Below, piece after piece: positions 42,931 through 51,003 of a DNA stretch of 64,000 nt. This stretch comes from Longimicrobiales bacterium (lineage in GTDB: Bacteria > Gemmatimonadota > Gemmatimonadetes > Longimicrobiales > Gaopeijiaceae): assembly GCA_965226375.1 (NCBI GenBank), contig CBDDCX010000008.1, positions 736,001-800,000 on the forward strand, in the 5' to 3' direction. A program made the position numbers and the translations under genes. The notes under the pieces are model-generated. The model had not been told where the DNA came from. It was given only the letters and a program-made list of their open reading frames with translations, and ran no database searches. Each line of letters begins with the position of its first letter. The first letter of the stretch is position 1.

Positions 42931-42972
42931 ATCCCCCAGGCCCCCGGCCCGAACTTTGCTATACATTCCAGC

Positions 42973-43917
42973 ATGATCACGAGACCCGACCACGCGCGAC
43001 GCATCGCCCTCGCGCTCCTCACGATCCTCGCCGCCTGCTCCACCGGCGGCGGCGAAGAGACCTCCGTCCTGCGAGGCGACGAAGCCGCGGCCCGTGGGGA
43101 CCTCGAGGCCGCCCTCGCCGAATATCGTCTCGCGGCCCAGCAGGCCGCCCAAGACGCGCCCAATCTGGCCCGTGTGGCCCACACCTACGCCGAGATGGGC
43201 CGCATCGACGAGGCGGGGGACTTTTATCACCAGGCGGTCGAGCAGGACCCGGCCTTTGCCGATCAGGCGGTAACGGACATGGTGCGGCTGGCGCGGGCGG
43301 CTCAGGATCGGGACGACTTCTTCGGCCTGGCCTCGGCCATGGAGACGGCCATGTCGTTTCGGCCCGGGATCACGATTCAGGCCATGGCGCTCCCCCTGGC
43401 GCGTCATTACTTCCGGGCGGGCGAGTATGCCACGGCGTTGCCCTACTATCAGTCGACGATCTCTGGCATGGAAGAGGACACGGTGCCCGAAGTCCTCTTC
43501 GAGGCGGCGTCTGCCTACGATGAGGTTGGCGACTGCCGCCGGGCGCTCCTGCACTACGAGCAGCACCGGCGCATGATCCGACGTTGGCAGAGGGGTGAGG
43601 TAGACTGGAAGATCGGCAGTTGTTCGCTCCGCCTGGCACAGGATCTCCGCATGGACAACCAGGACGAGGAGGCGCTTCTGCACATCGAGCGTACCATCGC
43701 TCTGGCCGAGCCCCGGAGTCTCCAAGCGGTAGCCTACTTCGAGATGGGAGAGAGTCTGTCGGACCTGGGCCGCTGCGAGGACGCCATGGACGCGTTCCTT
43801 CAGGTGCGCCGGGTGGATCAGACGGGGTCGAGCCCCCTGGTGGAGCGCGCCCAGTGGCGCTACGACGAGCTCCGCTTCGTCGGCCCGTCGGGTGGGACCC
43901 TCGGGGCGGGTTGTTAG
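42973..43917 (+). CDS. Tetratricopeptide-repeat lipoprotein
   Basis: Signal peptide with LAAC lipobox; repeated helical TPR-like units. Confidence 0.75.
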   Translation: MITRPDHARRIALALLTILAACSTGGGEETSVLRGDEAAARGDLEAALAEYRLAAQQAAQDAPNLARVAHTYAEMGRIDEAGDFYHQAVEQDPAFADQAVTDMVRLARAAQDRDDFFGLASAMETAMSFRPGITIQAMALPLARHYFRAGEYATALPYYQSTISGMEEDTVPEVLFEAASAYDEVGDCRRALLHYEQHRRMIRRWQRGEVDWKIGSCSLRLAQDLRMDNQDEEALLHIERTIALAEPRSLQAVAYFEMGESLSDLGRCEDAMDAFLQVRRVDQTGSSPLVERAQWRYDELRFVGPSGGTLGAGC

Positions 43918-44037
43918 ACGGCCCACACAGCTCCTTCTGCGGGCCTCTCGTCGTTTTTCCCTTGCGTAGAGCCGGATTCGTCGGCTAACGTCAAATAGGC
44001 CCCCAATCTGCGCCAGCCCTCGAAGAGCGTCCCGATC

Positions 44038-44805
44038 GTGAGTCCCAAGAAGAAACAGAAGCCCCAGGAGTATGAGCGCCCCGAGATGGGTCCGGGCTCT
44101 GAGTCCGCGCAGTCGTCCCTACGTCAGATCATGGCTCAGGGGGTGGCGGCCTGGGAGAGTGACGATTTCAAGAGCGCATATGAGCAGTTCCGAGGCATCC
44201 TGGACGAACATCCCGAGTTCGCGGACGTGCACAACAAAGCGGGGTTGTGCCTGGCGATGATGGGAGACGTGGACGGCGCCCTCTCCGCGTTCGATGAGGC
44301 CCTGGCGCTCAACGAACGGTACGCCGAGGCCCATCTGAACCGGGCCATCGTCCTCAACGACCTGGGACGCTTCGAAGACGCATCCGAAGCCTTTCAGCGC
44401 GCAAGCACGCTGGATACGCAGGACTCGAATGTGTTTCCTTCCGATCTGGGCAACCAGTTGGCGGACTCCCACGCCCGGAGCGGCGATCTCTATCTGGTCG
44501 CCAACCGTCCGGAAGAAGCCGCTCAGGAGTATGCGGCGGCGGTATCGGTCCGTCCACGCTTTGCCGATTTGCGCTTCAAGCTCGCCGAGGCCTACCTGAA
44601 CCTGGACCGCCTGGATGATGCTCGGCACCACCTCGAGGCCATCCTGGAGATGAATCCGTTCTTTCTCGACGCTCGGGTCAGGCTCGGTGCGCTGCTACAC
44701 CGACAGGGTGATCTCGCGGGTGCGAGAAAAGAGTGGGAACTCTGCGCCGAGGCCGATCCGGAGGACCGGCGCGTCCAGGCCTATCTGGCGGGGCTGGACG
44801 CATAG
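44038..44805 (+). CDS. Tetratricopeptide-repeat protein
   Basis: FADVHNKAG, YAEAHLNRA, FADLRFKLA TPR motifs. Confidence 0.85.
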   Translation: MSPKKKQKPQEYERPEMGPGSESAQSSLRQIMAQGVAAWESDDFKSAYEQFRGILDEHPEFADVHNKAGLCLAMMGDVDGALSAFDEALALNERYAEAHLNRAIVLNDLGRFEDASEAFQRASTLDTQDSNVFPSDLGNQLADSHARSGDLYLVANRPEEAAQEYAAAVSVRPRFADLRFKLAEAYLNLDRLDDARHHLEAILEMNPFFLDARVRLGALLHRQGDLAGARKEWELCAEADPEDRRVQAYLAGLDA

Positions 44806-44916
44806 CTCGGCTGGACCGGACCCTCCTCTTTTCCCCCATTGCCAAGTTCTGGGCATCCGGCGAGCCTTAGGGCTGTTCTCGCGAACCTGACCCTGGCTCC
44901 GGTGTAATTCCCGGGT

Positions 44917-45651
44917 ATGAAAATAGACGTTCGACCCCTCCTGACCTTCGCTGTGGCAGGCCTCCTGTTCACGGCCTGTTCCAGTATGCCGTTCCCGGGC
45001 ATGACCGCCACTGAGATTTACAACCTCGGGGTGCAGGCCATGGAAGAAGAGCGCTGGGACGCGGCGGTCGAAGCGTTCGAGGCCATGATCCTGACCTCTG
45101 GTTTCGGCAACGCCTCCGAAGCCCGACTGCGGCTGGCCCAGTCCGAGTTCGCGCGGGAGAATTACATCGAGGCGCGGACCGAGTTTCAACGTACCATCGA
45201 CCGCTTCCCGAGCGACACGACGGCGCCTCATGCCGCCCTGGGCGTCTGCAGCTCCTTGGCCGAGCTGTCGCCGATCCCCCACCGAGACCAGGCGTTCACC
45301 CGGCAGGCGCGCACGAGCTGTGGGCAGGTGGCGTCGGACTACGCCGGGACCATCATCGGCCTGCGAGCCTCGGAGGTCGCGGCGTCGATGTTCGACAAGC
45401 TCGCCGAGCAGGATTACAACACGGGGCTTCACTACCTGAAGAGAAATCTCCTGGATTCGGCGCTCCTCTACTTCGAGGCGGTCGAGGAAGGCTACGCTCA
45501 GTCGGCCTGGGCGCCGTGGGCGTTGCTGAAGAAGATCGAGGTCTTCGAGAAGTTCGGCTATCGACAGGACATCGATGACACCCGCGACAAGCTGCTCGAG
45601 CTGTATCCCGACTCCGAGGCGGCCAAGCTGCTCGATAGTGGAGCCGGCTAA
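44917..45651 (+). CDS. bamD: Outer membrane protein assembly factor BamD
   Basis: Lipobox FTAC, TPR, RDQAFT, KLAEQDYNTGLHYLKR, YPDS. Confidence 0.8.
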   Translation: MKIDVRPLLTFAVAGLLFTACSSMPFPGMTATEIYNLGVQAMEEERWDAAVEAFEAMILTSGFGNASEARLRLAQSEFARENYIEARTEFQRTIDRFPSDTTAPHAALGVCSSLAELSPIPHRDQAFTRQARTSCGQVASDYAGTIIGLRASEVAASMFDKLAEQDYNTGLHYLKRNLLDSALLYFEAVEEGYAQSAWAPWALLKKIEVFEKFGYRQDIDDTRDKLLELYPDSEAAKLLDSGAG

Positions 45652-46237
45652 CCCCCGCAGGTTCGGGGTGCTTGGAGGCACGTTCGACCCTCCCCACATC
45701 GGCCACGTCGCCGTAGCCCGGGAGCTGGTGGAGAGAGGGGACCTCGACGAGGTGGTCTGGATGCCCGCTCGCAATCCTCCGCACAAAGCTCATGGCGGTA
45801 TCGCACCTCCGGGCCTTCGCTTGGAGATGGTGAAGGCGGCGACCGACGGAGCAGGGGGGCAGAGGTGGAGCGACCGGGAGCTCGCACGAGTGGGCCCCTC
45901 ATTCACGGTCGATACCCTGCGCGATCTGCACTCCGAGTATCCCGACGTCGATTGGGTGTTGATTCTCGGAGTCGACCAGTTTGCCGAGTTCTCCACGTGG
46001 AGAGAGCCGGAAGAGGTGGCCCGTCTGGCGCGGCTGTGGGTCCTGGCCCGCGAGGGGCAGGACCCCGCCGACGTGAATCCGGGCGTCGACGTCGAGTGGA
46101 CGCCGGCACCGGTCTCGAGAGTCGACGTCTCGTCGTCGGAGATTCGACGGCGTGTCAGGGAAGGGGAGCCCTTCTGTCATCTGGTCCCCGACGGCGTGGC
46201 CGGCGTCATCGAGCGGGAGCGGCTCTACCGCGACTGA
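45638..46237 (+). CDS. nadD: Nicotinate-nucleotide adenylyltransferase
   Basis: GGTFDPPHIGH, PPHK, SFTVDTL, VSSSEIR. Confidence 0.96.
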   Translation: MEPANPRRFGVLGGTFDPPHIGHVAVARELVERGDLDEVVWMPARNPPHKAHGGIAPPGLRLEMVKAATDGAGGQRWSDRELARVGPSFTVDTLRDLHSEYPDVDWVLILGVDQFAEFSTWREPEEVARLARLWVLAREGQDPADVNPGVDVEWTPAPVSRVDVSSSEIRRRVREGEPFCHLVPDGVAGVIERERLYRD

Positions 46238-46241
46238 AGGC

Positions 46242-46277
46242 GCGATCGAGGGCTGCCATTACCTCGATCGCCGTTTT
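46242..46277 (+). terminator. Probable terminator after nadD
   Basis: GCGATCGAGG/CCTCGATCGC stem followed by CGTTTT. Confidence 0.55.
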
Positions 46278-46369
46278 CGTGCAGGTTTATGGGCTGTGGT
46301 GTAGTGATTGCCCGGATTGAACGAGATTTGGCGTCTCCTGAGGAGACGCCCTATAGGGATTAGAAGCCA

Positions 46370-49300
46370 TTGAGCATGGTGAAGGCGGTAGCCAAGAAGA
46401 TCCTCGGTTCACGACATATTCGTGAGGCGAAGAAGCTCCAGCCGCTGGTCGATGAGATCAACGGGTATTACGAGGAGTACGAGTCGCTCTCCGAGGAGGA
46501 GCTGAAGGGCAACACGGAGGACTTCAGGGGCCGCATCAAGGCGGCTACCGAAGCCGTCGAAGCCGAGATGGCGACGCTGCTCGAAGAGAAACGCCACTCC
46601 GAGGATCCCAATCGTAGGCAGGAGCTTCAGGAGGAGCTGAGCGACCTCGACGCGAGACTCGTCGAGATTACCGACGACGCCCTCGAGGAGATCCTCCCCG
46701 AGGCCTTCGCGACGGTCAAGGAAGCTTGCCGCCGCCTGATGGGCACGGAAGTCGTCGTCACGGGCCAGAAGCAGGTCTGGGACATGATTCCCTACGACGT
46801 ACAGCTGGTGGGTGCCATCGCCCTCCATCGGGGGCGCGTGGCCGAGATGGCTACCGGGGAGGGGAAGACCCTCGTGGCCACCATGCCGCTCTATCTGAAC
46901 GCCCTCGCCGGGCGAGGCGCGCATCTCGTCACCGTGAACACCTACCTGGCCCAGCGTGACGCCGAGTGGATGGGCTACATCTACAGCTACATCGGCCTCA
47001 CGGTCGACTGCATCGACAAGTACGAGCCCCACTCGCCTGAGCGGACGGCCGGATACGGCTCGGACATCACCTACGGGACCAACAACGAGTTCGGCTTCGA
47101 CTACCTACGTGACAACATGGTGCACGCGCTGGAGCAGCGTGTGCAGCGCCGGCACTGGTACGCCATCATCGACGAGGTGGACTCGATTCTCATCGACGAG
47201 GCCCGTACACCCCTCATCATCTCGGGTCCGGTGGGTCGCGATACGTCGACGCCCTTCAAGCAGTACAACACCCTGGTCGGGGGCCTCTACAAGAAGCAGA
47301 CGCGCCTGGTCAGTGAGCTGATCGCCCAGACCGAGAAGGACCTGGAAGAGGGCAACGAGTTCGAGGCGGGTGAGAAGCTACTGGCGGCCAAACGTGGAGG
47401 ACCGCGCAACAAGAGGCTCCAGAAGCTCTTCGCCGACGACCCCGGCCTGCAAAAGCTGGTCTTGAAGGTCGAGGCCGACTACATGCGAGAGAAGCGTCTT
47501 TTCGAGGTCGACGAGATGCTTCTCTTCGCCATGGACGAGAAGGGGCACAACGTGCACCTCTCCGACGCCGGCTTGGACTCGCTGTCCCCTGGGGACCCCG
47601 ACGCGTTCGTCGTGCCGGACCTGTCCGAGGCCATGGGCAAGATCGAAGGGGACGAGTCCCTCTCGGTAGACGCCAAGCGGGACCTGTTGAACAGACTGGA
47701 GGCCGAGTACGCCGGCAAGAGCGAGAAAATCCACGTCATCCACCAGCTCCTGAAGGCGTACACGCTCTTCCAGAAGGACGAGAAATACATCATCGGTGAG
47801 GACGGCTCGATCGTCATCGTCGACGAGTTTACGGGTCGTCAGATGGCCGGCCGGCGCTGGAGTGACGGGCTTCATCAGGCGGTGGAGGCCAAGGAAGGGG
47901 TGGAGATCAAGGGCGAGACGCAGACCCTGGCCACGATCACTATCCAGAACTACTTCCGCATGTACGACAAGCTGGCCGGCATGACGGGTACGGCGGAGAC
48001 CGAGGAGACCGAGTTCCACCAGATCTACAAGCTCGACGTCTTCGTGATTCCGACGAACCAGCCCATCGTCCGCGACGATCGCGACGACCTCATATTCCGC
48101 ACCAAGCGCGAGAAGTACACAGCGCTCATGGACGAGATCGAGCGACTGAAAAAGATGGAGCTCCCGGTGTTGGTGGGTACGACCAACGTCGAGATCTCGG
48201 AGACGCTCTCTCGGATGCTCAAACGGCGGGGCATTGTCCACAACGTCCTGAATGCCAAGCAGCACAAGGCCGAATCGGAGATCGTGGCCGAGGCGGGCCG
48301 TGCCGGAACGGTCACCATCGCCACCAACATGGCCGGTCGCGGGACCGACATTAAGCTCGGCGAGGGTGTTACCGACGCTCGCACGGTGGGATGGGCCAGG
48401 GAGCGCGATATCGACCTAGAGGATCTCATTCCCGTGGATCCGACCCGGGAGGGGGACTTCGAGGACAAGTCCGACGACTACGTGATCGAGGTGGGCGGAC
48501 TGCACATTCTGGGCTCCGAGCGCCACGAGTCACGGCGCATCGACCGCCAGCTTCGCGGGCGGTCCGGGCGTCAGGGTGACCCCGGCGCCACCCAGTTCTT
48601 CATCTCGGTCGAAGACGACCTGATGCGCCTGTTCGTGGGCGACCGCCTGGCCAACGCCATGGACAAGCTCGGGGCGGAAGAGGGAGAGGTGATCACTCAT
48701 CCGCTGGTCACGCGCTCGATCGAGACCGCGCAGAAGCGCGTGGAGGGCAACAACTTCGAGGCCCGCAAGCGCTTGCTGGACTACGACGACGTCATGAACC
48801 AGCAGCGCGAGGTCATCTACGACCGCCGCCTTTTCGCCCTGGAGGGTGGAGAGGATCTGAAGGGCGAGATGTGGGAGATGATCGAGCACGCCGTGGAGTC
48901 CTCCGTAGACGAGTACCTGGGCTTCGAGCACGACGAGGAGTGGGATCTGGCCGGGCTCAAGAAGCGGCTCATGCTCGACTACCAGACGATTCTTCGGGAG
49001 CTGCCCGACGAGAACGATCCCGAGCACGAGTGGGAGCGTCACGAGATCCAGGACAAGGCGATCAAAGGTGTGCACGAGCAGTTCCGCGCCAAGATCGCAA
49101 GCTTCGGAGAGGCGGCCGAAGGGGTGACCAGCTACATCATGCTCGGCGTCATCGACAGCAAGTGGAAGGACCACCTCTACGATCTCGATCACCTGAAGGC
49201 GTCCATCGGCTTTCGGGGTTGGGGCCAGAAGGATCCGCTCGTCGAGTACAAGAAGGAGGCCTACGAGATGTTCGTGGACCTCATGGCGGATCTACGCTCC

Positions 49301-49723
49301 ACGGTCTCGAACCAGACGTTCAGGGCCCATATCGGTCAACCTCCGCAGCGCGTTCGTCAGCCGCAGAGGCTCCAGTACTCCGGGCCGTCCGAGGTGGTGG
49401 GGGGTGGTGCCATAGCGCAGGCCGCGGCGGCGCAGCGGGCCACGCAGACGAGCGGCAGTGCTCAGGGCCGAGTGGACGACCTGGGTGTGGCCAGTGCGGC
49501 GAGAACCGGGACAGCGGGCAGGACGGTGCCCCTCGGATCCGTCAGCGGTGTGGCCGCGCCCCAGGACCCGGGGCAGCTCGCCACCAACCGCGGCGAGGCG
49601 CGGGTGCGGGCGCCGGTCACGGCCACCAAGGAGCCGGGGCGTAATGATCCTTGTCCGTGTGGTTCAGGGAAGAAGTTCAAGAAATGCCACGGGGGGGTGT
49701 CGGGGTCCGATTCTGGCATGTGA
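46370..49723 (+). CDS. secA: Preprotein translocase subunit SecA (start TTG 46370 or ATG 46376)
   Basis: MATGEGKT, DEVDSILIDEARTPL, IATNMAGRGTDI, QLRGRSGRQG, C-terminal GRNDPCPCGSGKKFKKCHG. Confidence 0.99.
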   Translation: MSMVKAVAKKILGSRHIREAKKLQPLVDEINGYYEEYESLSEEELKGNTEDFRGRIKAATEAVEAEMATLLEEKRHSEDPNRRQELQEELSDLDARLVEITDDALEEILPEAFATVKEACRRLMGTEVVVTGQKQVWDMIPYDVQLVGAIALHRGRVAEMATGEGKTLVATMPLYLNALAGRGAHLVTVNTYLAQRDAEWMGYIYSYIGLTVDCIDKYEPHSPERTAGYGSDITYGTNNEFGFDYLRDNMVHALEQRVQRRHWYAIIDEVDSILIDEARTPLIISGPVGRDTSTPFKQYNTLVGGLYKKQTRLVSELIAQTEKDLEEGNEFEAGEKLLAAKRGGPRNKRLQKLFADDPGLQKLVLKVEADYMREKRLFEVDEMLLFAMDEKGHNVHLSDAGLDSLSPGDPDAFVVPDLSEAMGKIEGDESLSVDAKRDLLNRLEAEYAGKSEKIHVIHQLLKAYTLFQKDEKYIIGEDGSIVIVDEFTGRQMAGRRWSDGLHQAVEAKEGVEIKGETQTLATITIQNYFRMYDKLAGMTGTAETEETEFHQIYKLDVFVIPTNQPIVRDDRDDLIFRTKREKYTALMDEIERLKKMELPVLVGTTNVEISETLSRMLKRRGIVHNVLNAKQHKAESEIVAEAGRAGTVTIATNMAGRGTDIKLGEGVTDARTVGWARERDIDLEDLIPVDPTREGDFEDKSDDYVIEVGGLHILGSERHESRRIDRQLRGRSGRQGDPGATQFFISVEDDLMRLFVGDRLANAMDKLGAEEGEVITHPLVTRSIETAQKRVEGNNFEARKRLLDYDDVMNQQREVIYDRRLFALEGGEDLKGEMWEMIEHAVESSVDEYLGFEHDEEWDLAGLKKRLMLDYQTILRELPDENDPEHEWERHEIQDKAIKGVHEQFRAKIASFGEAAEGVTSYIMLGVIDSKWKDHLYDLDHLKASIGFRGWGQKDPLVEYKKEAYEMFVDLMADLRSTVSNQTFRAHIGQPPQRVRQPQRLQYSGPSEVVGGGAIAQAAAAQRATQTSGSAQGRVDDLGVASAARTGTAGRTVPLGSVSGVAAPQDPGQLATNRGEARVRAPVTATKEPGRNDPCPCGSGKKFKKCHGGVSGSDSGM

Positions 49724-49725
49724 GT

Positions 49726-49820
49726 CGGGAGGGCGGATCGGGTGTCTTCCCTCGGTCAGCGCTTCGCTCTACGGCTTCGCCGTAGACATCCCTCGGGAAG
49801 ACACCCGATCCGCCCTCCCG
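49726..49820. repeat. Palindromic element: 26-bp perfect inverted repeat enclosing a GCTTCGC hairpin
   Basis: CGGGAGGGCGGATCGGGTGTCTTCCC (49726-51)/GGGAAGACACCCGATCCGCCCTCCCG (49795-820); inner TCTACGGC-TTC-GCCGTAGA. Confidence 0.85.
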
Positions 49821-49970
49821 GTCGACTACGGGGGCGGAACCCCTACGCTAATAGCCGCGACATTCTTTCATTCGGGGCGTGGGGTCCCAAGGAGCCATTC
49901 GGACGCACGCAACGGACCGTTTTCTTCTCTGTGCATCGACCCGTGAACCTTACGACCGCAGGGAGGCAAG

Positions 49971-50231
49971 ATGAAGGGCTACTACGAGTGCGAAGAGGCG
50001 ATCGAGAATTTCGAGGACCTGATGGATGAGGCCTGGATCGCCGGCTACGTGAAGATCCGTCAGAAGGCTGGAAGAGACTTCATGCTGCGACCCTGGGATC
50101 TCAGGTCTCCCTTGGAGGAGCTCGAGGTGAACCTCGAGGTGGAGAGGCTGGTGGAGGAAGCTCTCGAAGACTACCACGACCCGGACGACGCGACCTTTCC
50201 CATGATCTCGGAGAACGGCAAGGCAGCCTAG
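49971..50231 (+). CDS. Small protein resembling Phd/YefM antitoxins
   Basis: GGAGG SD; EAIENFEDLMDEA...VKIRQKAGRDFML pattern and acidic C-terminus. Confidence 0.5.
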   Translation: MKGYYECEEAIENFEDLMDEAWIAGYVKIRQKAGRDFMLRPWDLRSPLEELEVNLEVERLVEEALEDYHDPDDATFPMISENGKAA

Positions 50232-50235
50232 GAGG

Positions 50236-50916
50236 CTGGCCATCCGCTGCCTCCCGGCGGCCGAGCGTCCCCGTGAACGCTTGGTCGCCCTGGGGCCGGT
50301 TGCGCTCTCGAGCCGGGAACTGCTGGCGGTCCTGATCGGGAGCGGGGGCCGTGAGGCGTCGGCCTTGGAGATCGCCGAGGCGGTGCTCGGTGGAGTGAAC
50401 GGATCCGTCCGCGCGCTGGGGTCTCTGTCGCCGTTGGGAATCACGGGCGTTCCGGGGGTCGGGGAGGTGACGTCGGCCCGAATCTCGGCCGCGCTGGAGC
50501 TGGGAAGGCGAGCGAGCGCCGAGGAGCGCTACCCGGGAGAGCGTATCCGGGGCCCCCGTGACGTGTTCGATCGTATGGAGCCCCGTCTCCGCGACCTACA
50601 CCAGGAGGAGTTCCACGCGTTGCTTCTGTCGTCTCAGCACCGCGTGATCGGCCAGGTTCTCATCACCCGGGGCATCCTGGACGCGTCTCTCATCCACGCG
50701 CGAGAGGTGTTCAGGCCTGCAATCGTCCGGAGCGCAGCCGGGATCATTCTCGTCCACAACCATCCGTCGGGCGACCCGACCCCGTCGAGTGAGGACCGGG
50801 CTGTGACACGACAGCTGTCCCGAGCGGGTACGGCCGTCGGGATCCCTGTGGTCGACCACGTGGTGGTCGGCGACGGCCGGTTCGTATCGATCGCCGAGGA
50901 CGGAGGGTTGGTGTGA
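50236..50916 (+). CDS. radC: RadC (JAB/MPN) family protein; start codon non-canonical or uncertain
   Basis: ERPRERL, ELLAVLIGSG, HNHPSGDPTPS.ED, DHVVVG. Confidence 0.93.
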   Translation: MAIRCLPAAERPRERLVALGPVALSSRELLAVLIGSGGREASALEIAEAVLGGVNGSVRALGSLSPLGITGVPGVGEVTSARISAALELGRRASAEERYPGERIRGPRDVFDRMEPRLRDLHQEEFHALLLSSQHRVIGQVLITRGILDASLIHAREVFRPAIVRSAAGIILVHNHPSGDPTPSSEDRAVTRQLSRAGTAVGIPVVDHVVVGDGRFVSIAEDGGLV

Positions 50917-51003
50917 GCGGCCGCACAGGCGCTCGGAAGCCCTGACGCACATCCCCGGGTAGCCATCGGGAAACAGATGTGTGAAAGCGGGGGTAGCTCA
51001 GGG

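Noticed and set aside
30892..42972. Integron cassette array as an explanation for the TA modules
   Set aside because: No attC-like RYYYAAC...GTTRRRY sites and no integrase seen
46370..49723. Unusually long SecA (1117 aa)
   Set aside because: Helical inserts and a long C-terminal linker are known in SecA of several phyla; all core motifs are normal
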